A DNA stretch of 64,000 nt from Fimbriimonadales bacterium (GTDB lineage: Bacteria; Armatimonadota; Fimbriimonadia; Fimbriimonadales; ATM1), in assembly GCA_051003155.1 (NCBI GenBank), contig JBPCLO010000051.1:64001-128000 (forward strand), given 5' to 3'. The translations under genes and the position numbers were made by a program. Shown here piece after piece: positions 10,229 through 19,960 of this stretch; positions within the stretch are counted from its first letter, which is position 1; every line of letters begins with the position of its first letter. The notes under the pieces are model-generated. The model had not been told where the DNA came from. It worked only from the letters and a program-made list of their open reading frames with translations, and made no database searches.

Positions 10229-11257
10229 TTACTTCTCGGAACGAACGAATGACTCGACGGCAGCGCCCACGACGCCGAGCGACTGCGCGCTGCACTTGTC
10301 GGCCGTGTCTTCGAGCGTGTGCCAATACGGGTAATCGAAGTCTATCAGGTCGATGGTCGGGATGCCGGCCGCGTTGATCGCGAGGTGGTCGTCCAGGATC
10401 GAGCCGCCCGAGCGGTCCGTAAACACCTTTCCATACCCCCGCAGCTGTGCGTTCTTATAAAATCGTTTCTGCAAGGAGCCTGCGCTCTCAGCGCTGATCT
10501 GCTCCTTCGGGATTTCGAGGTCCTTGTCACCGATCATGTCGAGCAGGATTCCGAAGTCCGGCTTGGGCTTCGCCACGGTCTTCGCGTAATGCGTCGCGCC
10601 GAGGAACATCTCATCGGTTCCCGGACCCAAGTCCTCGCCGTCCACAAAGAGGAATACCACGTTGATCGGCGGGGCCTCTTCCTTGAAAGCCCGCATCAGG
10701 TCTAGCAAGACCGCTACGCCGCTGGCGCCGTCGTTCGCGCCGAGAATCGGCTTCTTGCGGTCCGCGGAGTCGAATTCTTGGTCTGCCGTCGGCCTGGTAT
10801 CCCAATGCGCCAACAGGAGCGCGGTCTTGGGAGAGCCGACGTCGATCGTGGCGACCACGTTCGTCATCTTCACGTCCCAGCCGATCACGCTCCACTTGTG
10901 CGAAAACTCTTGCTTTGCGACTTTGTCGGTGTACTTTTTGGCTTGCTCGTGAATCCAATCGAGGCACTTTTTGTGCCCCGCAGAGCCTGGGTAGCGCGGC
11001 CCCATGTCGGTCTGAGTCTTCAGCAAGGCGAACGCCTTCTGGCCGTTGGACTTGATGGAGATCGTGGGTACCGGCTTTTCAGCCGGCTCTTGCGCGATGG
11101 CCCTCGGGTGGTTCCCGCAGGCTTGGAAAACGGCCGTTATCGCCAGCAGTCCTACGGCTTGGCGATATACCGCGACGGGCGGACGGAACCCGCCTTTCCT
11201 TTGAGCTCTTGCTCCAATGTGACTCCTGTCCTCTTTACGATCTGCGACTTTTTCCAT
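10229..11257 (-). CDS. M28 family peptidase / glutaminyl-cyclase-like lipoprotein (start codon uncertain)
   Basis: LAHWDTRP, GANDGASG, DGED, LDMIGD, DDH, YWHT; lipobox FQAC. Confidence 0.88.
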   Translation of the reverse strand: MEKVADRKEDRSHIGARAQRKGGFRPPVAVYRQAVGLLAITAVFQACGNHPRAIAQEPAEKPVPTISIKSNGQKAFALLKTQTDMGPRYPGSAGHKKCLDWIHEQAKKYTDKVAKQEFSHKWSVIGWDVKMTNVVATIDVGSPKTALLLAHWDTRPTADQEFDSADRKKPILGANDGASGVAVLLDLMRAFKEEAPPINVVFLFVDGEDLGPGTDEMFLGATHYAKTVAKPKPDFGILLDMIGDKDLEIPKEQISAESAGSLQKRFYKNAQLRGYGKVFTDRSGGSILDDHLAINAAGIPTIDLIDFDYPYWHTLEDTADKCSAQSLGVVGAAVESFVRSEK

Positions 11258-11724
11258 ATTTTGAAGTACCCGAGCGAGCCATTCGCCAGGTTGGCCGGCA
11301 TCGCTACTTGATACTGACGTGCTTCCGACAAAGGTGAGTCGTTGACCGTGACCTCGATAATTCGCGAATCGGGTGGCGCAGACTGTGAAAAAGTCACCGT
11401 GATGCCCGAGATCTGGAGAAAACCGCTGTTGAACTGGGGGTAGTTCGCCAGCGAGCGTTCGAGAGCTCGCTTCAATTCCGATCCTTTGAGGGCAACGACC
11501 GCGATCTCATCCGACGGATATTGCAGGATCGACGCGAGGTCAGTGCCGGAGCTTGCCTTCAGCAGGCCGGCCGGCAGGAGTGCTGCTTCAGCGCCGGCAG
11601 CCTTACGGATGCGGTCGGCGGCGGCTTGTGCGAGCGGGTGCGCGCCGGACCCGAAGTCCGAGGCGGACTGGGCGACGGCGCCAACAAAGACGATGACGGC
11701 AAAGAACAGACAAGGCTTACGCAT
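11152..11724 (-). CDS. 5'-nucleotidase C-terminal domain protein, secreted
   Basis: Signal peptide; LKGSELKRALERS, FLQISGITVTF, SRIIEVTVN, YQVAM...LANG. Confidence 0.8.
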   Translation of the reverse strand: MRKPCLFFAVIVFVGAVAQSASDFGSGAHPLAQAAADRIRKAAGAEAALLPAGLLKASSGTDLASILQYPSDEIAVVALKGSELKRALERSLANYPQFNSGFLQISGITVTFSQSAPPDSRIIEVTVNDSPLSEARQYQVAMPANLANGSLGYFKIWKKSQIVKRTGVTLEQELKGKAGSVRPSRYIAKP

Positions 11725-11777
11725 TGCAAGTTGTTAGACTGATACCCGGCGAATTTGTTTCGAGTTCCGTGTCCAGT

Positions 11778-12891
11778 TTACTCTGTTGAAGACTTGAGGG
11801 ACGGATCGCTGAGGAACGCCTCGATGAATCCATCGATCTCGCCGTCGAGGACCGCGAGCACGTTTCCGGTTTCGTGGCCGGTTCGTAGGTCTTTCACGAC
11901 CGTATACGGCTGGAGGACGTACGAGCGGATCTGATGCCCCCACTCGGCGGGGTTCACGACGCCCTTCAGCTGTCGCATCCGCTCGTCGCTCTTGGTCCTC
12001 TCGAATTCGGCGATTCGCGAGGCCAGGATCGTCATCGCGCTCGCTCGGTTCTTGTGTTGGCTGCGCTCGTTTTGGCACGTTGCCATGAGGCCGGTCGGAA
12101 TGTGGATGATCCGCACCGCCGATTCGGTTTTGTTCACATGCTGGCCGCCCGCGCCTCCGGCACGATACGTCTCGATCCGCAGCTCCGCCGGGTCAATATC
12201 TACCTCACTTTCTGCCACTTCCGGCATGACATCGACGATGGCGAAGCTCGTATGACGGCGTCCTGATGCATCGAACGGGCTGATCCGTACCAGCCGGTGG
12301 ACCCCGTGCTCGGACCGCAATCGTCCATAAGCAAAAGCTCCCTTGACGATGAACGTGATGCCACGATAGCCCGTGACGTCGCCGGGCGACTCGCTCAAGA
12401 TATCAAATCCGTACCCGTGCCGCTCCGCCCAACGCGCGTACATTCGAAACAGCATCTGCGCCCAATCGCAGGCTTCGGTACCCCCTGCGCCTGCGCCGAT
12501 CTCGACAATCGCAATCCCCGCGTCGTGCTCTCCTGAAAGCAGCGTCGTAATCTCGAGCTCGTGAAGGTCATTCAGGAAGCCTTCGGCCATGCGCTCGAGT
12601 TCTTCCCGCGTGTCGTCGTCGGGGCTTTCTGCTAGCATCTCATCGAGTTCCGACATGTCCTCGTGGACGCCGACCAGTCGCTCATAAGGCTCTATTTGGG
12701 CGCGCAGGGAGCCCAACTCCCGCATCGCGGCTTGGGCTTTCGCCGGGTTATCCCAAAACCCGCCGTTCTGAGAAGCCGCCTCTAACCGAAGAATCCGCGA
12801 TTTCAGAGAGGCGGTGTCAAAGATGCCCTCGAATAGCGTCCAAGCGAGCCTTCGCCTGCGACAGCGCTTCTTGCAAGTGGGGACTTAGCAC
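11778..12891 (-). CDS. prfB: Peptide chain release factor 2 with programmed +1 frameshift
   Basis: SPF and GGQ motifs; GTG start at 12891 in frame with CTT-TGA-C (12822-12816). Confidence 0.96.
12816..12830 (-). promoter_or_regulatory. prfB frameshift site
   Basis: GAGGG-CAT-CTT-TGA-C: internal SD-like sequence, then the slippery site at codon 24. Confidence 0.92.
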
Positions 12892-12960
12892 GATAAGAGA
12901 TTACCTTGAGCGCCGCCGACAAACCGGCTGGAGGGCGCCACATCAGCTAGCTGACAAACA

Positions 12961-13893
12961 TTACGACTTCTTCTTATACGGCTTCACCGACAGCTTCGAC
13001 CCGCCCGCGTCTACCTCGTACAGCTCCCAATAGCTGTTTCGGTTCGAGGCGAAGAGAATGTTGGACGCTTCGCTGAACACCGGGAACTGATCGATGCCTT
13101 CGTCGTCGGTCAGCCGGCGTTCGTTCTTGCCATCCGCATCGACAACGTAAATATCCCAGTTGCCCCCTCGCTCGGAGGAAAACGCGATCCGAGCACCGTC
13201 GAGGCTGAAAGCCGGATCCCAGTTCTGGGCGTTATCACGCGTTATCTGTTTCAAACCGGTCCCGTCGCGGTGGATCGTAAATACCTCGAACGTGCCGCTC
13301 TTGCCATCCGTATAACCTCCTTGGACGAACGCGATGTGCTCACCGTCGACGCTGAAAGACGGGTGAAAGGAGCCGGAATTCGACGACGTCAGCTGTTTCT
13401 CGTTCTTGCCGTCGGCGTCCATAACGTAAATGTTTCGCTTGAGGTTGCGCGACGACGCGAACGCGATCTTGGCTCCGTCCGGGCTCCAAGTGGGCTCGCG
13501 ATCTTCGCCGATGTTGTGGGTAACCCTCACCGGTTCCTGGCCGAGTGTCATTATGTATATCTCGAAGTTGCCGTCACGATTCGATGCGAATACGATCTTC
13601 TTTCCGTCAGGAGACCAACTGGGCGTCCGATCTTCGGCCGGGTCCGTGGTAAGTCGCTCCTCGTTGCCCCCATCGACGTCACGAACATACAGATCCCAGT
13701 CGCCCTCACGCGCAGACGCGTAGATGATCTTCGTCATGTCGGCTGTATAGGCAGGCTCCCAGTCCAAGTACTTGTTGGCCGTTATCTTCTGTATGTTGGA
13801 AGGCGTCGGTTCCTCGTGGGGAGGCTGATCGCGCTGGCACGCGGCAAGAAAACCGAAACCGCAGGAAGCGGCGATGATTGCTGCTCGATTCAT
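12961..13893 (-). CDS. TolB-like PD40 beta-propeller lipoprotein
   Basis: Lipobox LAAC; repeats PSWSPDGKKIVFASNRDGNFEIY. Confidence 0.9.
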   Translation of the reverse strand: MNRAAIIAASCGFGFLAACQRDQPPHEEPTPSNIQKITANKYLDWEPAYTADMTKIIYASAREGDWDLYVRDVDGGNEERLTTDPAEDRTPSWSPDGKKIVFASNRDGNFEIYIMTLGQEPVRVTHNIGEDREPTWSPDGAKIAFASSRNLKRNIYVMDADGKNEKQLTSSNSGSFHPSFSVDGEHIAFVQGGYTDGKSGTFEVFTIHRDGTGLKQITRDNAQNWDPAFSLDGARIAFSSERGGNWDIYVVDADGKNERRLTDDEGIDQFPVFSEASNILFASNRNSYWELYEVDAGGSKLSVKPYKKKS

Positions 13894-13953
13894 ATCTTTA
13901 GTACTCCATTTCTACTGTCAGAAGCCACGCCCACCTGCGGTAATCTCATCCGG

Positions 13954-14724
13954 ATGGATGGTTTACTTGCGGACAAGAAAGGCATCGTATTCGGGATCGC
14001 GAACGATCGAAGCATCGGTTGGGCTATCGCCGAGCTAGCCGAAGCCCAGGGCGCCGAAGTCGGCATCGGTGTCCAAAACGAGCGTATGGCGCGCTCTGCC
14101 GAAAGGCTCCTCGATGGACACGCTAGAATGCGCATGTTCGAAGCCGACCTGAACCTCGAGGAGGATCTCGAACGGGTTCATCAGGACCTCAATGCCGCCT
14201 ACGGAACCATCGATTTCATGGTTCATAGCGTCGCTTACGCCCTGCGCGAGGACCTCGCCGACCGCTTCATCAAGACTAGCCGCGAAGGCTTTCGCGTCGC
14301 GCTCGAAACCTCCGCTTACTCTTTCGTCGCAGCAGCGAGGGCTCTGGAGCCGATCCTCAACGACGACGCAAGCCTCATCACCATGACCTACCTGGGCAGC
14401 CAACGTGTGCTACCCGGCTATAACGTGATGGGCGTCGCCAAGGCCGCGCTCGAAGCCTCCACACGTTACTTGGCTTGCGACCTCGGCGAGAGAGGCATCA
14501 GGGTCAATGCCGTCTCACCTGGCCCCATCAACACGGTCGCGGCGCGAGGCATCAAGGGGTTCAGTGGCATTCTGAGCGTCGTCGGCGAGCGCGTTCCATT
14601 AAAGCGCCCCGCCGAACAGGAGCAGGTCGCGACCACGTCGCTCTACCTACTTAGCGACCTGAGCCGAGGCGTAACCGGCCAAATCCTATACGTCGACAGC
14701 GGTTACAGCTCGATGGGCCTGTGA
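13954..14724 (+). CDS. fabI: Enoyl-ACP reductase
   Basis: GIANDRSIGW, YNVMGVAKAALE, SPGPI. Confidence 0.95.
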   Translation: MDGLLADKKGIVFGIANDRSIGWAIAELAEAQGAEVGIGVQNERMARSAERLLDGHARMRMFEADLNLEEDLERVHQDLNAAYGTIDFMVHSVAYALREDLADRFIKTSREGFRVALETSAYSFVAAARALEPILNDDASLITMTYLGSQRVLPGYNVMGVAKAALEASTRYLACDLGERGIRVNAVSPGPINTVAARGIKGFSGILSVVGERVPLKRPAEQEQVATTSLYLLSDLSRGVTGQILYVDSGYSSMGL

Positions 14725-15557
14725 ACCGCATACTGTGCGTCGCAAACTGGTCGGAAGGCCGCAACCCCGAAACGCTTACCGCTATGAGCCAAGCGCTCCG
14801 AGCGGCTAGATGCGTGGTGCACTTCGACGTGGCCGACTTCGATCACAACCGCGTCGTGACCGCGTTCTCCGGTCAACCCCATCAGGTGCGAGAGACCCTA
14901 TTCGCCGTCGCTGCGGGGGCATTCGCCCGGATCGATATGAGCAAGCACGCTGGAGTCCATCCCAGAATCGGTGCGCTCGACGTCTGTCCTTTCATTCCCC
15001 TGGACGGTCCGGTCGATCCCGATTTTGCCCCGAGTATCGCCGAAGAGATAGCCGGCGCATACGATCTGCCGATCTTTCTCTATGAGCACAGCGAAACCGG
15101 AAAGCACGCCGCAGACCTGCCGTCGCTTCGCCGCGGCCAATTCGAAGGCCTCCATGGCCGCGAGCTCGACCCGGACCACGGCCCGAAAACGGCCAATTCG
15201 CGCCTCGGAGCCACCATCCTAGGCGTACGCGACTGGCTCGTTGCAATGAATCTCAACCTGCGCATCGCCGACTTAGCTATAGCTAGTACCGTCGCTCGAG
15301 AAATCCGCCGGGTCCGTGACTCAGGCGACCCGCGATTAAGGGGAGTGCGTGCTCTCGGATTTTCGCTCGCAAGCCGACGCATGAGTCAAATTTCGATGAA
15401 CTTGACCGAGCCCGACGAGACCAGCCCTGATCAGATCGTCAAATGGATCGAAGAGCGCACCGGCCTGGGCGAAGCGGAACTCATCGGCGTCATCCGTCCT
15501 CAGGACCTGCCGAAGGCGAGGCGGCTGGCTGTTCGGGACGAGCAGATCGTCCGGTAA
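14721..15557 (+). CDS. ftcD: Glutamate formimidoyltransferase-like protein
   Basis: NWSEGR, DHNR, GVHPRIGALDVCPFIP, QISMNLT. Confidence 0.85.
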   Translation: MNRILCVANWSEGRNPETLTAMSQALRAARCVVHFDVADFDHNRVVTAFSGQPHQVRETLFAVAAGAFARIDMSKHAGVHPRIGALDVCPFIPLDGPVDPDFAPSIAEEIAGAYDLPIFLYEHSETGKHAADLPSLRRGQFEGLHGRELDPDHGPKTANSRLGATILGVRDWLVAMNLNLRIADLAIASTVAREIRRVRDSGDPRLRGVRALGFSLASRRMSQISMNLTEPDETSPDQIVKWIEERTGLGEAELIGVIRPQDLPKARRLAVRDEQIVR

Positions 15558-15575
15558 CCGGTACAATTTAGGCCT

Positions 15576-16091
15576 ATGGCGAAGTGGAAAATGGGCGAAC
15601 GAGTGAAAATAGTCGAGCGCGAGGTTACTAAGGACGATAAGCGCACCGCATCCTATTTTGCGCACCTCGGAGGTCTGACCGGAACCGTCACGAACTTCTA
15701 TAACGCCGATGAGGTCGCGGTGAAAATCGATCCGCAGGCGTTCGGTGCTACGATCGAATCCACTCACAAGGAAGCCGTCAAGCGCATGCGCGCCAAGTTC
15801 CTCGACTCGCTGAGCGAGGAGCAGAAGCGTAAACTCACCAAAGAAGAGCGCCAGTTCAACGCCAACTACGTCCTCCTCCTCCACTCCGATGACCTCGTGA
15901 AGGGCCCTCCTGCGCCGAAGCCCGTCGCAGCGGCCGAAGAAGAGGAAGAGGATATCGCGTCATTCGACCCGACCTCCGTCGTCGAGGACGCGTTGTATGA
16001 CGATCCGGAAATCACGCCGGAGGTCCAGCGCAAAACCTTGGCCGAGATCGAGGCCGAGGAGCAGGCCGAGCTCGAGCGGCGACAGCGATAA
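15576..16091 (+). CDS. Hypothetical protein with acidic tail
   Basis: 171-aa ORF with typical codon usage; TACAAT 8 nt upstream. Confidence 0.75.
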   Translation: MAKWKMGERVKIVEREVTKDDKRTASYFAHLGGLTGTVTNFYNADEVAVKIDPQAFGATIESTHKEAVKRMRAKFLDSLSEEQKRKLTKEERQFNANYVLLLHSDDLVKGPPAPKPVAAAEEEEEDIASFDPTSVVEDALYDDPEITPEVQRKTLAEIEAEEQAELERRQR

Positions 16092-16107
16092 TGGGCTCCG
16101 TCCGCAC

Positions 16108-16887
16108 TTGACCGAAGAGCTCGAGTTTGCTCTCGCCGTCGCCCAAGCCGCAGGCGGCATCACGCTCAAGTATTTCAACGCCGTCACACCGGTGGAACGC
16201 AAGGCCGACGATACGCCCGTCACGCGAGCCGACCGCGAAGCCGAAACCTACATCCGCGACCAGATCGGTTTGCGCTTTCCGCACCATGGCATTCTTGGCG
16301 AGGAGTTCGACGAGCAGCCGGGCGACGGCGAGACGCGGTGGGTAATCGACCCCATCGACGGCACCAAGTCATTCGTCCACGGCGTGCCACTCTTTGCCGT
16401 GCTCGTGGGGCTGGAGCGGGGCGGCATTCCGGTGATGGGTGTCGCGCATTTCCCGGCACTGAGCGAGACTCTATGGGCCGAGCAGGGCGACAGCGCCTTC
16501 TGCAATGGCGAGGCAATCCACGTCAGCTCGGCGGATCGTATCGAGGACGCCTTGTTGGTCAGCGGCAGCATCTTGTCGTTCGAGGCGAAGGGGACGCTCG
16601 ACGGTTACATCGCGCTGGCCAAACGGGCCTACGCAACACGCACGTGGGGCGACGCGTATGGCCACTCCATGGTCGCACGAGGCAAAGCCGAAGTCATGCT
16701 CGACCCCCGTGTGAACGTCTGGGACACCTGCGCACTGATGCCGATCGTTTTGGAAGCCGGGGGGACGTTTACATCTCTGGATGGTGGCCCAGGGCACGGT
16801 GTCGGTGAAGCCCTTTCCACCAATGGACGGCTGCTGCAGCCCGCGTTGAATTGCTTTGCAGATGGCCAACCCCGGTCTAATGAGTAA
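16108..16887 (+). CDS. hisN: Histidinol-phosphatase / inositol monophosphatase family
   Basis: VTRADREAE, GEE, WVIDPIDGTKSF, WD motifs; TTG start is inferred. Confidence 0.8.
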   Translation: MTEELEFALAVAQAAGGITLKYFNAVTPVERKADDTPVTRADREAETYIRDQIGLRFPHHGILGEEFDEQPGDGETRWVIDPIDGTKSFVHGVPLFAVLVGLERGGIPVMGVAHFPALSETLWAEQGDSAFCNGEAIHVSSADRIEDALLVSGSILSFEAKGTLDGYIALAKRAYATRTWGDAYGHSMVARGKAEVMLDPRVNVWDTCALMPIVLEAGGTFTSLDGGPGHGVGEALSTNGRLLQPALNCFADGQPRSNE

Positions 16888-16946
16888 CCTCACCGCATCA
16901 ATCGGACCCATTTTGCTCGCGGAGATCCACCAGTACAGCGCCGGCG

Positions 16947-18344
16947 CTAGGCTCGCCGGACACCCCTTGGCCGGCCGCCTTGCAGGCGGCTCTCCTCTGC
17001 GAGGAAGCCTGCGAGGTGGCTTGCCATGCTATTCGAAAGAGACGAAGTGAGAAGGTTCGCGTCTCGCTTCGAAACGGCCTGGCAGAAGTCGCGCACCAGC
17101 CGAATGTCGCCTCCGCCATGCCCGGAGAGATCGACGTTCGCTTTCCGGCCGTCCCAAACGTGGCGTTTGCCCGTCTCGAACTCCACGACGTTCATGACGG
17201 TCATATCGCCCTCGATGTGGCCCTTCTGGCAGAACACCCGGGTACGACGTCCGCCCCCGGCATACATGGCCTCCACCTGGAGGCTCGCCGTGGCGCCGCC
17301 GTCGAACTCGAGGTTCGTGACCATATGGTCGCACACGTCGTTGTCGCAGTGATACACGCATCGCCCGTATTGACCCTTCTCGAGTTCCTTCAAGATGCTG
17401 AGGTCCGAACGGTCGGGCGTGATGATGTGGTGGGTGTCCCACTTGCGCTTGTGAACGTAGAAATCCTGCGCGTAGTACGGGCAAGTCTTCTCGACAGGGC
17501 AACCCTCTGAACAGAACATCGGCGCTCCCATCGGCGCATTCTCCTTGCGGAACCAGCTTAGGTCACCGAATGCCGAAACGCGCGTGATGGGCTTGCCGGT
17601 GATGTAGGCGAGGATGTCGAGGTCGTGGCAGGATTTCGCCAGGATCACCGGGTTCGATTTCTTCTTATTCCCCCATGGGCCGCGAACATACGAGTGCGAA
17701 AAATGGTGGTGCTCCACCGGCTCGAGGTGCTGGACGCTGACCACGTCGCCGATCATTCCCGAGCGGATGACCTCGCGCATCATCATGAAATAGGGTGCAT
17801 ACCGAAGTACGTGGCAGACTCCCACGATCGATTTGTTTTTTTGCGCGGCTTTGAGGATCGCTTCGCACTCGCGCCAACTTTGGGCGATCGGCTTTTCGAG
17901 AAGGACTTCGTAGCCCAATTCGATTGCCTTCAGCGCCGGCCCGGTGTGCATCGCGTCCTGGGTGGAGACGACGATAGCGTCCGCGAACTTCGGCCGGTTG
18001 AAAACGTGCTCCCAGGTTGTAAAGGCGTTCTCGGGCGAGATGTCATGGCGCTTGATCGCGGCATCGCGCCGGTAGCCGATAGGTTCAGCGACGCCGACGA
18101 TCTGCCACTCTTCGGGGATCTGGCTGGCCATCCACCCGTAGTAGCCACCCCGCCCCCCATATCCGCAAACCACCGCCGATATCGGCCGGTCCAGCTTGGG
18201 ATACTTGCCGATTTCGATGTTCGGCAGGTCGGATGAGTTCTCCTGTCCGCGGTTCGCTGCCAGGAGGGGGAGGGGAGTCGCGGCGGCCAAGCCCGCGAGC
18301 CCCAGACGCTCGATGAACTGACGACGACTCCAGCCTTCTGCCAT
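16947..18344 (-). CDS. Gfo/Idh/MocA oxidoreductase with Tat signal
   Basis: SRRQFI twin-arginine motif; GYGGRG, LLEKP, KSCHDLD, GHGGGD. Confidence 0.9.
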   Translation of the reverse strand: MAEGWSRRQFIERLGLAGLAAATPLPLLAANRGQENSSDLPNIEIGKYPKLDRPISAVVCGYGGRGGYYGWMASQIPEEWQIVGVAEPIGYRRDAAIKRHDISPENAFTTWEHVFNRPKFADAIVVSTQDAMHTGPALKAIELGYEVLLEKPIAQSWRECEAILKAAQKNKSIVGVCHVLRYAPYFMMMREVIRSGMIGDVVSVQHLEPVEHHHFSHSYVRGPWGNKKKSNPVILAKSCHDLDILAYITGKPITRVSAFGDLSWFRKENAPMGAPMFCSEGCPVEKTCPYYAQDFYVHKRKWDTHHIITPDRSDLSILKELEKGQYGRCVYHCDNDVCDHMVTNLEFDGGATASLQVEAMYAGGGRRTRVFCQKGHIEGDMTVMNVVEFETGKRHVWDGRKANVDLSGHGGGDIRLVRDFCQAVSKRDANLLTSSLSNSMASHLAGFLAEESRLQGGRPRGVRRA

Positions 18345-18719
18345 TTCGGTGATATTACATTACTTCTAGGGCAGAGCAGCTTTTCTCACTACGGGAATAG
18401 CGCTTCGATCTCCTTCGTGCGGATGCAGAGCACCGGGCCGCTGGCGACGTACTGTTCCTTTGCATTAGCTTTTCTGATCCTTCGGGAGCCACTGCACCGC
18501 CTCTCTGACGCCCCTCATCATCCCATCGGCGTTCTGGACAATCGTAAAGTGAGGTACTGGCCCCCGAAGCGCTCCTCGGTGCTCGCGGCCGGGATGCACG
18601 GGCTCATGTTGGTCATGACGTCAGTCGAAACCAGTATCCTTGCCGGAGACTCAGCGCAAGCGGAGGGAAAGAGTTTGTCGAGTCGTTACTCGCAAACGAA
18701 GTTGAGTTCGCGTCACTGC

Positions 18720-19055
18720 CTAGCCCGGCGGCCATGCCATCGCTCTCCCCCCCAACAAATGCACGTGCAAGTGAAGCACGGTTTGCCCCGCCTGCTGGCC
18801 GCTGTTGATCACCACCCGATAGCCCGCCCGGTCGATCCCTTCTTGCCGCGCGACCTCGGAGGCAGCCAGTAGGAGCGATTGCAAATCGTCCGCCGAGGTA
18901 GCCGAAGCCATGCTGTCCACGTGCTTCTTTGGGACGATCAGGATATGCGTCGGCGCTTGGGGATTCATGTCCCCGAAAGCCAGGCACGCGTCGTTCTCGA
19001 AAACGATGTCCGCCGGAATCTCGCGTGAAACGATCTTGCAAAAGAGGCAGTCCAT
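18720..19055 (-). CDS. hinT: Histidine triad (HIT) nucleotide-binding protein
   Basis: DCLFCKI, HLHVHLLGG, WPPG. Confidence 0.93.
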   Translation of the reverse strand: MDCLFCKIVSREIPADIVFENDACLAFGDMNPQAPTHILIVPKKHVDSMASATSADDLQSLLLAASEVARQEGIDRAGYRVVINSGQQAGQTVLHLHVHLLGGRAMAWPPG

Positions 19056-19091
19056 CGCAACGGGAGATTACCGCAGCCCGTACCGATTACG

Positions 19092-19940
19092 ATGGCCGAG
19101 CGACGAATCCTAACCGGCATTACCGCCGAAGCGTTCACGACCGAGGCCGATCGGCGGGCCCTTGCGAGCCTAGAGAACGTGCCGCTGTTGCCGATGGTTC
19201 TCAAGAAGTTCTTCGAGCTAGGCTTCGACCGCTGGTTCTACTGCCAGAACATGTCGATGTCGGTCCGGTGCGGGCCGAATCAATTCTCGACCCTCTACGG
19301 CATTTTCGTAGATAGCTGCAAGGCCCTCGATATTCCGGAGCCTGAACTCTACATCTCGAGCAATCCCTTCCCGAATGCGTTCGCCGGTGGGGTCGAGCGA
19401 CCCTTCGTGACGCTCCGTAGCAGCATCGTGGACACTCTAACCGACGAGCAGCTTTACCACCTCATCGGCCACGAGTTGGGACACATCAAATCCGGACACA
19501 TGCTCTACCACACGGTGGGCCGGCTCCTCGTACCGCTTCTGCAAGCCCTTGGGCGCAGGATGCCGCTCGTGGGCGACGTGGCCGCCATCGGCCTCGTCTT
19601 TGCATTTTACGAATGGATGCGCCAGTCCGAGATCAGCTGCGACCGCGCAGGGCTGCTCGTCTCGCAAGACTTCGACACATCGATGATGGCCAACCTCGCG
19701 CTCACCGCAGGGCCAAGCCGATTCGCGAACGAGATGAACCTGGAAGCGTTTATGGAACAGGCCCGGGCATACCAGGAAGCGCCGGCGATGGACCAGCTCG
19801 GCAAGGTGATCCTCTACTTCACGTCCACCTGGGCTTATTCGCATCCACAACCCGTTCACCGCGCACACCAGCTCGAAAAGTGGGTCAAAAAGGGCTACTA
19901 CGACCGAATTCTGCGCGGGCACTACGACAAGACGGCCTGA
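19092..19940 (+). CDS. M48 family zinc metallopeptidase
   Basis: PNAFA, HELGH, EISCDRAG, SHP. Confidence 0.9.
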   Translation: MAERRILTGITAEAFTTEADRRALASLENVPLLPMVLKKFFELGFDRWFYCQNMSMSVRCGPNQFSTLYGIFVDSCKALDIPEPELYISSNPFPNAFAGGVERPFVTLRSSIVDTLTDEQLYHLIGHELGHIKSGHMLYHTVGRLLVPLLQALGRRMPLVGDVAAIGLVFAFYEWMRQSEISCDRAGLLVSQDFDTSMMANLALTAGPSRFANEMNLEAFMEQARAYQEAPAMDQLGKVILYFTSTWAYSHPQPVHRAHQLEKWVKKGYYDRILRGHYDKTA

Positions 19941-19960
19941 ATTAGGGCAAACTCGCACGC

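Noticed and set aside
11778..12891. prfB interrupted reading frame as a novelty or pseudogene
   Set aside because: Canonical autoregulatory CTT-TGA-C +1 frameshift; well known
13270..13953. Long N-terminal extension of fabI
   Set aside because: Antisense shadow of the TolB-like gene; FabI homology starts at 13954
18385..18640. Possible gene remnant between Gfo oxidoreductase and HIT gene
   Set aside because: Protein-like stretches appear in different minus frames, but no family is recognisable
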